A stretch of 64,000 nt of DNA from Gordius albopunctatus (lineage: Eukaryota), in NCBI GenBank assembly GCA_964276515.1, contig OZ193909.1:8928001-8992000 (forward strand). The letters are read 5' to 3'. Positions 52,401 through 64,000 of this stretch are shown here, piece by piece (within the stretch, counting starts at the first letter, position 1; every line of letters starts with the position of its first letter). The translations under genes and the position numbers were made by a program. The notes under the pieces were generated by a model. The model worked only from the letters and a program-made list of their open reading frames with translations, was not told where the DNA came from and did no database searches.

Positions 52401-55400
52401 AAAATTAAATAATCTTCACATTTAAAATATCCTTATTTATTCTTTCATTTAAATTTTTATTTTTACTTTGTTAGGCTTATTATTCAAGTTTAACTTGTTT
52501 TGAAAAAATATCAACAACTTTTGAATTTGGTAGAGTCAATTTCACGTCCATTATGATGCAATTTAGAAATCTTTGGATACTAAAATTGTCGCGGCGCACG
52601 ATTGGTTGCTTGATTCGAGAGCCATAAAAGGAGGTATGGGGGAGAAAGCCATTCGTAACATCATCGAAAGTGCCCATCGGATTTCCTCCAAATGCGGCCT
52701 TCAAGACAGACATTCTGTCAAAAAATTGTGCGGCGATATCTCATCCCTCACCGATGCCCTTTGTGAATTAAGATCCGATGGCAAGGTTAACAATGCTCCT
52801 GCCTCACGGGCTCTTGTTCATTTGTAGCTTCTGTTATAGAATAGTGTCAGCTTTAGTTCACTTACCAAAACTACTTGGAGGATATATGAGTCTTAATAAC
52901 TAACTCGGAATATTTTATCACATTTAAATATCAATTATATCAAAAGAAGTAAAGTAGTTAATCTTTTGTTACACGATTCCTAATTGACGTGTTTTAATCG
53001 CCAAACAAATGTGTCAATACAGGGGGAAACTCCGCAAGCCAGATCTTTAGCCAAAAATATTCAACAATCCTTGACGGGGTTGAATAAATCGTTGGCCGAA
53101 ATGGTAGAGCGTAACATCCGCGACGCCGCTAACTGCAAACAAGAGGGCTACGCCCCGACGAACAATAAAGATTCGAGTGTAGAACATTCCAGCGGCATAC
53201 CCTTCGGAGAATTGCTGAAACAAGTTAAGTTATGGTTGTACGATCCCGCCTCCCTACCCAACGAACCCCGTAGCCAGTCTGTCAAGGCGATAAACGTTAT
53301 CGTCGCTAAAGCTTTCAACCTCGGGTTATGCGATCAAGGGGCTTGTGACGAAATCCAACGCCTCTCCCACCAATTGAACGATTTGTGCGAGAAGCGCGAA
53401 GTAAAAAATCAAAATTTAACGTGTACCCCTTCTTTTGCAACATTCCAAATTTTCTTTCCTCAAATAAATTTTCAATTTTTTTCAATTTTATTTTCGCCAA
53501 GTTTGAAACTTTTAACTATATATATTATATTCATCAAATTTATACATCTAATAACCTTACTTTATACTTTACAAAAAATGGCATTTCTTTGCTTCTCACA
53601 CTCGTTGTAATCCTGCCTAAATATTCGAAAAAATACAACTAAAGTAGGGAGGAGGGCATTTTGTTGTGATATATTTTGTCTTTAATCATTTCGTTTTAGT
53701 CTCGAACAAAATTTTGACTTTAAACTATCCTACTCTTTGCCCACCTTAATGATGTCACTTTGTTAACCTCATATTAATGCTAGAATGGCAACATTTTTTA
53801 GACAAAAGTAATCAGTACGTAAAATTTATATACGAAATTTTTGTAGTTTTAGCATTAAAAAGCAAGACGATTACAATTTTGAATAATTTTTTGTTTTCCA
53901 TTTTATTATATTACTAGATGAACCCGGCAAACGTTGTTTTGCCATTTACCCGGGTGTATTAAATTATGTTGGAATTTTAGGGCATACATGATGATTAAGC
54001 GGTTATTGAAGTAAAAATAAAGTTTGATAATTTTCAAACAAATAGTTAAAGAGGGTCCAAGGCCCAGGCCCACCCAAGAGATAAAACCTGGCCCCATGCC
54101 CCCCCCCCCCAAAGGGAAAAATCTTTGGCCCTCTGGCCCTTCAAGCAATTTTTTATATTTTTTTGTAATTAAGAAACAATATCATAATTATTTGTTTCTG
54201 AATAAAATTTTTAATTCTGAACTTAATAATGTCCGAAGAACTGAGATATATCAACATTTATTGGCACTTTGTTAATTGTATTTTCATTTTTCTCCTTATT
54301 TAACGCGCAAAAAATGACAAAATTAGATTTTTTAATTTATTTAGCCACGCAGGAGGGGACACGACCGTCCTATAATAATAATAAATGACGTGAAAAATAA
54401 GCAAAAAATGACTTTGTTTCATGGGTGTACCCCTCCCCCCCTAATTAAAAAAAATAATTTTTCAATACAAAAACCCTTAAAAATTATGTTTTGCCCCCCC
54501 CCCCTAATTAGCCAGGGAAGGGCAGAAAGGGCGGCTGCCACCCCCCCTAATTATTCAGGGGAAGGCGGCTACCCCCTGCGGGTCTCAGCAAAAATTTAGG
54601 AATTTAGTAGTCTAAGACCTTTTTTTGCTCTCATGAAAATTTTTGGATAGTCGAGAAAATTTTTTTTCAAAAATCTGCCCCCCCCCCCTAATTCAAAACC
54701 TGCTCATTTATACAATAATACCATTATTTTATTTTTCTAGTTAGCTGATTTATTTGAAATACAATTTTCTTCAATATAATAAAATAATTAATTGAATGAT
54801 GGATAATTATTAAAAATATGCTTCCATGATCGACCACGTGATAATAATTTAAATATTATTTATTTAATTTAAATAGTTTGTTAAACCCCAATAATTTTGA
54901 CCGTATACTGTAACATTTTTATTATACTTTTAAATATCTAATGCGAGAAAACTTCAACCTTGTATGTATGACGTCATTATTGTATATGATGCTATAAATG
55001 AAACTGGCCGGTAAATGTCTGATATTTTTAAAACGAAAAGGTATTTTAGGAATCTGAAAAAGCTATTTTACCCCTGGCCGCCCTGGGAACCTACGGGTAA
55101 AGTTTCGAGCGAATTGGGCCGGTAGCTTCAGAATTTATCCCTTTTTTAAAACTAAAAGGAATTTTAGGATTCTGCAAAAGCTATTTATTTAAATTTTATT
55201 TATTTAATTTAAATAGTTGATTAAACCTAAATAATTTTGACCGTATACTGTAACATTTTTATTATACTTTTAAATAAATATCTAATTCGAGAAAACTTCA
55301 GCCTTGTATGTATGACGTCATTATTGTATATGCTGCTATAAATTAAACTGGCCGGGAAATGTGCGATATTTTTAAAACGAAAAGGTATTTTAGGAATCTG

Positions 55401-58400
55401 AAAAAGCTATTTTATCCCTGGCATCCCTGGGCATCTACGGCTAAATTTTCGCGCGAATCGGGCCGATAGTTTTAGAATTAAGCTATTTTTTAAAACTAAA
55501 AGGCCCATATTTTTAAAACTAAAAGGAATTTTAGGATTCTAAAAAAGCTATTTTACCCCTGGCCGCCCTGGACATCTACGGTTAAATTTTCGCGCGAATC
55601 GGGGCGGTAGTTTCAGAATTTAGTTCTTACATACATACACACATACATACATAGACTTTACTTTATATATATAGATTACAAAAGGTTTATACTTGTATAT
55701 ATATATTTTTTCTTTATTTAAAGCATTCCTTATCTTTTGCAGCTACTCTTTAAAGGTGTGCGTGTTGTGATTTCTTTGAAGCCATTTAAATTTTTATATT
55801 AAAAAGGCCGATAGTGATCATGGAAAAACTATAGCACGAACATTGTTTTATAAAATCGAACGTTTCAATGATATGATTACCAAGAATTTGACATCTCAAG
55901 TAATAAAATTTTTGAAACGTGTAAAAAATATATTATGTTATAAGGTGTTAATAAATTTTTTGGACATCAATACACCATTGAAGCAATTCGCTGAAATTGT
56001 TAATAGCCCTATCAGTAAATTTACATTCAATTATACTTTTATGCCTATATCGAGATTCTGAATATAGAGAAGAACACTTTTCCGAAAAAACGGATAGTTT
56101 ACATGATTTTAGTGATAGGATTATTAGTACACTTAAATTTGTGTCAGCTCAAGGAAACCTCACAAAGAAATGCTCTGATGATTTAAACATGTTTGCCAAC
56201 CAGGTTTATTAACGATCTATTATTCTTAACGAACAATCAGATAGGTGATCTCACTCATCAAATAATTACAGCGGGCAAAATTAGCTTCCATTATCCCGAT
56301 AATAAAGTATATATTAGTACTGACACACAATGCACTGTTGTTTAAACCTAAATAAATTTTTATATTTTCTGCAGCCTGCTGAAGAGCACTTTGAGATGCT
56401 GAGGCACAAATTAGCTAATACATTAGTAAAAGCAAGAAAAATGGTCGATGAAACACTAGATAGTAATGTTTTGATTCAAGTTATCCAAGAAATGATGGTT
56501 CATCACAATGGTATTGGCCGTTTGTTTCTATTATTTATAATTTACTTTCGATGTTATAAAACTTATATTGAATGTCACCTATTTTTAAAAATTAGGCTAA
56601 TACGTTTTATATTTTAGTACAGCTCAATTCCTAGTTTTAAATATTTGAATTTTATCAATTGACGCAATTATTGAGAAATTTATTTAAACCAAATTCCCTA
56701 TATTAAATACTATTTTTTAATTTTGAGGGGATTGCGAGCAAGCTATATACGATAACGAGCCTCATAAATTTGTGGAAAACACATCTCACATCGCTAGATT
56801 GGCGAATCGAGTTTTGATGATTGCGAAACAAGAGAGTGAAAATTCAGAGGATGCAATATTTCAACAAAACCTTGATATTGCATCAGAAAACCTCAATGCC
56901 GGTATAATTAAATTTTTAAGTAGCATAATTGTGCCATAGATATATTGCAAATGGTCCAGCAAGCGACTCTTGTTGCGGGGGATATGAAGAATTCTGAAGT
57001 TGTTAGTGGTTGGAGGGAAACTAATAAATCGGTACTACCATTTATAACAAATTTTATGTTTATTCATAGCTAACAAGGTTAGTTCAAAGCGTTAAGAATG
57101 CGATATGTGGTAGTGACAAAACTATGGCCAAAAATTTTAAAGGACTTAACATACAACGTAATCAACCAATTTTTGCATTATACGTGTTTATTTTTATTAT
57201 CACTTATAGCTGATTGTTATGATTCTTATGAAAATACCGATTTTTCCTTCTTACCACCTCCGCCTGATTATCTCAGGACGCCATATAATGAAACAGGTAA
57301 TGTTGTGACTTCTAACGTTAAGAAAATTCGGAATTTTTACATTATGTACTAAAGTTGGTAGTTTACAATATAAAGCTTATCATTGTTTAAAAGTCAGAAT
57401 TTATATATTAATTTTTTTATTTTTCAGTATTAATTTTTATTGTACTTAGAACGATCGCTTTTACCCAATAATGTAGTTCCACCTAGGCCTCCGCCTCCTG
57501 AAACAGACGACGAAGAAGATATACTCTTTAGAGTATCCCCCAAAGACAATCAACCTATATTAGTAAGCTTTAAAAATTGATTTTTATTACTAGAAAAAAT
57601 CAAATGTGATTTGATCAAACTTTAAAATCTTTTTTATTTATAACTTTGGAACGTGAAATATAATTTGCATTTTTGTGGTTTTAAACTTGAAGCAAGCCGC
57701 TCATTCCCTGCATCAAGATGTCCGTCAATGGTCGAGTAAGGACAACGAAATTATCGCAGCAGCCAAGAGAATGGCCTTATTAATGGCACATTTAAGCCAA
57801 TTAGTCAGGTAACTATGCTTTTATTTTGTACAATGTGTTTGGCAATTTAAATTAATCTTCATATAATATATAAGTTTTAAAATCAATTTTATGATAAGTT
57901 TATATAAGGTTTTTATTAAAGAGGTGAAGGAGGATCTAAAAAGGATCTAATTGATTGCGCCAAAGATATTGCAAATTTTTCAAGTGATGTAACAAGGTTA
58001 GCCAAAGAATTGGCTCGTCAATGCACGGATAAAAGAATGCGCATGGTATATAAGATTATTCAGAAAAATAAATCTTTTTTTACTATAATAGAATCTTCTT
58101 CAAGTATGTGAAAGAATCCCCACTATTGGAACTCAGCTTAAAATCTTGTCTACGGTTAAAGCAACTATGTTGGGAGCGCAAGGTATTCACGAGATATGCT
58201 TTATTTTTAAATAAATTTTAAATTAGTAGCGATTACACTATACAACAAGTAATGGTCTTGTGAAATTAACCGGAAAACGGTTAACATGTTTTTTTGTCAC
58301 GAATATATTTTTTTTCCCTATACGTCAGGTTTTTGAAATAATTGAGTTCAAAGTTGCGAAAATGTAGGGCCTCCCTCCCTTCCAAATCCCATTGGTTTTA

Positions 58401-61400
58401 TGCATATATAAGCGTGTAAGCTATTACATTACTACTATATTACTATTACACTTCTTTCACCCTCTCAGCAATCAATCTGCCCTCACCCTAATTTCACATC
58501 TCTCACTTAAAATCTCTCTTTCTTGTTACTATTTTTCCAATTACTATGCAATTTATGTATTAGATAAGCTTCGAAATTTAAATTATACAAATTAAAGGCG
58601 TAAAGATCTAAATTTCTTAAACAATTCACTATTAAATTTTAATTAAACAACATTGGATTTTGAAACTTAGTAAATATGCGTATAAAATTTCATAAACATT
58701 TTACCTAAATACAATTTTTATAGACTTGAAATATTTTCAATTTAAAATTTTTTATGTAAACATTTTTGAGAATAACAGGGAATTTCTAAATTAAAGGAGC
58801 AAATATTTAATCTTAATTTAATCTATTTTTTATGTTTTGTTTTCTGCCAAATTTATATAATTACATTTTTTGCGTCTTCGTTTTATTTTAACAAAGTTAT
58901 TAACCAAGAGTAGTAATGCAGTAACTCCTATCTAGAGCCCTGCAAAATCAAATTTACTCTTTTTATTTTGCCGAGCCCGAACGTCTTTTTTATTTTTAGC
59001 CCGACCCGAGCCCGATTTTTCAAATAAAAATGTTCAAATATTTGAACATTTTTTACTTTATAAATATATAATGCATTAAATTATTATTAATCGTAATTAC
59101 TAATTAATAACTAGGATGAGTTTGAATTGAATTTTCATTTTTACCAGCTAAAATTTATTCAGCTAATAATTTACAACTGGAAATTTTATGAAATATTTTT
59201 TATCTAACAGTATAAATTATTTCAAAATATTTTCTTATTTTATTTTTAAAGTAATAGCTACCATAAAAATATTTAAATACTAGAATAAGATTTTAAATTG
59301 TGGTCAAAATATTAATAACAGGGGAAAAAAGCTGAAGCTTGGAAGCTATTTTATGTATGGTGTACGAGATAATTAATAAATATTAAGTTGAGTCAGGCCC
59401 GACCCGAACCCCGATTGTTTTATTAAATTCTATCCGGCCCCGACCCGATCGGGCTTCGGGCGGCCCGTGCAGGGCTCTATATATACACCTCCAAAAAAGG
59501 CAAACGTTCTTAAAAACTTGACGTATAGGAAGAAACGATAAACATGTGTTCACCACAAAGAACTCTACAAAATTATGTTAACCGTTTTCCAATTGATTTT
59601 TTTTGTAGACCTGTTTCGTTTTGTCTAGAGATGGGTATTTTCCCGGGAATTTTAATTGAGGGAATATTCCCGGGAAAAGACGGGAATTTAGGGTAAATTA
59701 ATGGGGAAAATAAACAATTCAATTTAAAAAAAAACGTGCTAATATACAAAACGAAATGCTAATTAAGTTTATTTGTCCAATAATATGCTATATTTTATCT
59801 CAAATTAACATCGCATTAAAAATTGTCAATATCTGAACTTTGACTATCGTCATTAAGCGAAGAAATCGATTGGTTTAAACCTGACAGAATCTTTCAAGTG
59901 CATATTGTGTCCTATCGAAACTAGTTTTTTGACCTTGTCATTCTTCGTTCTATTTCGTGATTTAGAATGCACATTTCCAAACGTAGACCAAATTCTTTCC
60001 GTGGAAGCATTAGTGGCAGGAATTGAAAAATGCTTTACAGTAAATTCTGACAAGGGTTGATTCGTGCATAACCCTTTCCACCACGTCGAGGGTAAAGTGT
60101 AGCTTGCACTATCCCATATAAGACTTTCGGCAAATAACCTGTCTTTTGCGCGAAATTCTGCCAAATTGGCAATAACTTTGGCTACATTTATATCCGCGCC
60201 TTGAGAAATATTTTTAATACCCTAAAAGACTTAGTCAATTTTTTTACTCGTCAGATGAAGTTCACAATATCGTGGATCAAGTAAATTTGACGCCATATGA
60301 AAGTGCTTACAGCAAAATGTCTTTCTTTTGCTAATGAATTTTTTAATTAAGGCTGTATCGGTTTGGCTAAATTCCTTGCTAGAGATCTCATTAAAATGTC
60401 TTTTTATGTTATAAAAAGCTTCGGGCACATCCGACAGTAAGCCATTGTCACTTTCTATAGAAGTTATTTTCGTAAAAATGACATCTAAAAAATGGTCAAT
60501 TTTTTAACTTTCTCCTAAAAGACATCATTGTCAAGCAAATTTAAACGTTTGCTGCTATCAACAAATGTATCCATTAGGGCTAATTATTGAAGAATGTTTT
60601 TATTTATCAAAAAACTATTAAACATTATCACATTACCTCCCCATCTTGCTGGACAGGGGATTTTTAAGTTTACTGATCTGTTCTTGTTCATCTGTTTTTC
60701 TTTAAAAGTTGCAGACAGAATTGTATTAAATTTTATATATTTAATCATTTGTTTAACTTTTCCTGTTAAAGTTTGGATAGTGGTAACTTTATTGCAAATG
60801 TCTTTAATTAATAAATTCAGTCCGTTTGCTGCACAGCTAAAGCACTCAATTAAAGGAAGTTGAGATTTAACTATTTCCCAAGCCTTCTTCATATTTTTTG
60901 CATTGTCCGTTACAATTTAAATAAACTTTTTGAGAAATTTACTAGATATATATATTTAACAGTGTGGGCATTCGATCCTGTATCAATAGATTGTAAAAAA
61001 ATTGGTTTGGGTGTCATTATAATAAAATTAATTATGGACTCTCCTAATTGTTGTAATCTTTTCAAATGGATCATTTAGCAAGGAACCCCCTATTGCTTTT
61101 CTAGGTGGGATTTTGTAAGGCGGTTTTATTGATTAAAAAAAACAATAAAACCGAAGTCCTTCCAATAATAATTCCCAGTTATATTAAACGGACAGTTTGA
61201 CATATAGATAGCCAGGGCAAGCTTTTCATTTAACTTTTCTTGTTGCACTGGAGTCATGCTATCGAAGTACTGATTAATATTTGATGTAGATTCCTTTGAA
61301 GTAATTAAATTTGATGTTAACATAGGTGTTTTTCAGTGGGGTGTTTGTCTTCCAACACTGCAGAAATTGTAGATGATTCTGGAGAAATTTGAAAAACTTC

Positions 61401-62716
61401 TAATCCTAAGCATTTTTTCCCTTGCATATTCTGGACATTTATGGATATGGGTAGACATTTTTGTGTTAGGGAAGTTATATTTAAGATTGCAATAATTGCA
61501 GATAGCAATAAAACCTTTCTTATTGGAGGATATATGCCTAGAAAAATGTTTCCAGATATCAGATGGTTTTCTTATTTTACATGTAAGTGTGTGTGAGTTA
61601 TAATCAAAAAATATTGTGTTAAATTAAAATTAAACTCAAACTGATTTATCTAAATGTTAATTTAGATTTGAAAATCAATCTAAATGCTTTTTTGCATTTT
61701 TTATTAAATGATATGCAAGGTAAACATTCAAAAATTGCGATAGCGTTGAAATGACAAATAATGATTCCGATTTCCTGTTTAACGGAAAAAGTTTCCCTAT
61801 TGTCAAGGGTATTGGCAGCTATACGGCGTCCCAATTCATTCAGAAGGGCTTGGGTTTTAGGACCTATTGTTTTAAGGGTAGTGGTCAGTATGGGGGCGAA
61901 AAGCAGTGAGGAATTAAGTTCTGCGTATTTAGCGGACTTTATAAGAATTTAATTCAGTTTACTGTGTGTGTGGAGTTGAATTGAAAAATATAGTACTAAA
62001 TTCAAATGGTCCAAAAATCTAAATACAACTTTGATTAAATTGCTTATAAGAATTTACTTGAGTTTACTGTGTGTGTGAAGTGGAATTGAAAAATATGCTA
62101 CTAAACTAAAACAGATTTAACTAAATGTTTATTTTAATTTACAAATATGTGTAACTAATCTGAATTAAAAATATGACAACTGAAATTTCAAAGTTAAATA
62201 TTAGTTTAATCTTGAATGTTTTTAAGTGTTAGAAAATAGTGAAGTAAAATTGCTAAATATAGGTTACCAGTACCACGAGGAAGATATGAAATTATATATG
62301 ATTAAATAATTCCTAAATTTTATGTTAAAAGCATTAATTTTTTAGGGGAATTTATCAAGTGCCATCTCTAATTTTGTCTATATGTATAATAGTTGTTATT
62401 AGGCACCATTTTTATACTATTTAATAACAAGAGGATTCAGACTTGCTTTAAAGCAACACTTAATTTAAAGTTTTTATAAATATTTTAAGAATGACATAAG
62501 TTGATTTTGCAAATTATATCTATCATTTATAATTTCAATATTTTAGCTTCGGATGAGGATCAAGAAGCAACCGAAATGCTTGTTGGAAATGCTCAAAATT
62601 TAATGCAAAGTGTTAAAGACACAGTGAAAGCAGCAGAAGCCGCTTCGATTAAAATACGCACTGATTCTGGGTACACTTTAAGGTGGCTTCGGAAAAAACC
62701 TTGGTATCAGTATTAA
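46456..62716 (+). CDS. Vinc: Vinculin, 989 aa from 22 exons
   Basis: Exons: 46456-46512, 48566-48673, 50122-50293, 50690-50835, 50911-51079, 51935-52086, 52567-52785, 53023-53400, 55807-55899, 55945-56014, 56055-56203, 56241-56306, 56375-56510, 56728-56901, 56940-57031, 57070-57157, 57210-57296, 57450-57562, 57693-57808, 57922-58045, 58092-58182, 62547-62716. Sum 2970 nt, all GT-AG, one open frame. N-terminus [34 protein letters not shown]; proline hinge [12 protein letters not shown]; tail [56 protein letters not shown]. Confidence 0.96.
47870..48030 (-). mobile_element. Short decayed RTE 3' fragment in vinculin intron 1 (a similar one at ~63105-63230)
   Basis: Resembles 11330-11520 (tttggtccca...ggggtttgtttt...ccatgtc...ctcttcctctc). 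Confidence 0.55.
53914..55675 (-). mobile_element. Non-autonomous Helitron in vinculin intron 8, with internal tandem repeats and MITE debris
   Basis: Minus strand starts a|TCtatatatataaag (55675), then (tatg)n. Ends with hairpin ggcaaaacaacgtttgcc and gggttcatCTAG|t (53914). Inserted between A and T; duplicated blocks ~54855-55180 / ~55195-55620. Confidence 0.9.
58255..59612. mobile_element. Tc1/mariner-like non-autonomous element in vinculin intron 21
   Basis: Inverted ends ggaaaacggttaacat...cctatacgtca / tgacgtatagg...atgttaaccgttttcc...tgtagacctg; left terminus decayed. Confidence 0.55.
58933..59479. mobile_element. hAT MITE (tagagccctg family), sister of 22837-23442
   Basis: TIR tagagccctgca / tgcagggctcta; internal sequence collinear with the 22837 copy; no TSD retained. 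Confidence 0.85.
59626..62370 (-). mobile_element. hAT transposon with degraded transposase in vinculin intron 21
   Basis: TIR tagagatgg / ccatctcta; TSD gttttgtc / attttgtc (7/8); minus ORFs with [31 protein letters not shown]...[23 protein letters not shown]. Confidence 0.9.
61690..61940 (-). mobile_element. 5'-truncated CRE-like retrotransposon fragment nested in the intronic hAT
   Basis: Minus frame [34 protein letters not shown]...[24 protein letters not shown], collinear with the 12531 fragment; A-rich 3' end. Confidence 0.7.
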
Positions 62717-64000
62717 GCTATCTACAAGGGTATCAATTAAACTTAACGTAAATAACTATGGCAATACTAAAAAGAATTTCGAACCAGATTGACCCATTGT
62801 TAAAAATAGCTCGTTTTTGCTATTGATATATTTCATTTTTTATATTTCATAATATGTTATTCAAATTGTGTTAAATTATTTCTTTTATCTGTCACCTCAT
62901 TGAACGCCAGCTTTTAAACACTTTCATAAATCTATTAATTACCCTACTTAATTAAATTTTGCATATAAAATAAACATTAAAGATCGTATCTAATTGTGTA
63001 TCGCACATACAATAGTTATCATGTTTATTTAATATGAGGGTTACCCTGTATTTGGTTTACGATAAATTTCTTCAATCTAGATCGCGTAAGAATCATATTA
63101 TGACTTATCTTCTTAGTTTTCATAACTCTGACCACTTGCTATCTCAAGGTAACACGAGGTCATCCTCTCTTCTCCGACACCTCCATGTCTAATACTTTTC
63201 AATTTACATCATTCATCTCCCTTCTTTTTCAAATTTGATTTTATTTGAAATTATAAACACGATTAAAACAGATATGTAAATTAATGCTCGAAGGTATAGC
63301 TAGTATTATCCGTGAGAAGTGGTCAGCTATGGGCCAGGGATATGAAATTATATTTAGCGATTAGAATGTCGATTTTTTATTTAACCAAAAAGTTAGGAAT
63401 TATTTGGAAATTGGGCAACCACTATCAATTTGTTAAAAAGTTTGATCTTACCTGGTCCAAAAGTCCCTGATCCCTTTGAAGGGCTAGACTATTTTGCAGT
63501 ATTTGAGAGTTGGGCCGTCGTGCCATTTTCTTCCAACGAAGGGTCGGAAGGTTCTCAGACCGTACATTGGCTTTTTAAAGGCAGTTTGGATAAGTGAATG
63601 GATTTTGTCGTGCTTAATATATTTGTATTTGTTAAATAAGCAATATAGGGCCTTATATATATATATCCATCGGTTAGAGCAATTGCGGCAGGGGACCTCT
63701 TTTAAGATAGTCCCACTCTAAGGGCTATAGAGTATGAGAGCTTCTGATCATCCAATATCAATCCAGAAAAATTAACTTTAGCCGCTCATGACCCCATCCA
63801 TTAAATACCAAAGATTTTAGGTTGAAGTGCTGGTCGTCATCGCAGCTTAATATGAGATAATAAACCGAGCGCAATACGAGGCCAGTATCCCAATTCTTTT
63901 GTCTTGAGGGTATGGAAATGGGGTCTTGGGTTGACGTTGGTAGACCAAAAAACTCAAGCTAGTTCGAAGAAACGGTCATCACCCGGTGTTATAAGTCTGT

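Noticed and set aside
2775..62716. Stac and vinculin as a co-regulated muscle gene pair
   Set aside because: They are ~35 kb apart across TE debris, with no evidence of a shared promoter or conserved synteny in this window.

Overview
AT-rich, transposon-dense animal (invertebrate-type) genomic DNA; not prokaryotic. I reconstructed two spliced host genes by hand, both in frame. A STAC-like C1 + tandem-SH3 gene lies on the minus strand (11 exons, 11033->2775, 458 aa), and vinculin lies on the plus strand (22 exons, 46456->62716, 989 aa). They are divergently oriented around ~35 kb of transposon debris. That debris includes many hAT/P-like MITEs with 8-bp TSDs, CRE-like fragments and a decayed Helitron holding a Gypsy and two RTE LINEs. 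It also includes an intron-containing hAT with ~500-bp inverted repeats and a near-intact Gypsy pol. Most notable observations: (1) a TSD-flanked full-length RTE LINE whose 5' end is a tRNA-derived Pol III promoter head; (2) very degenerate splice signals (G at donor +5 in 5/31 introns, AAG/GAG acceptors in 11/31) plus a 37-46 nt intron class; (3) the long-TIR hAT. All protein assignments are from motif recognition, with no database search.
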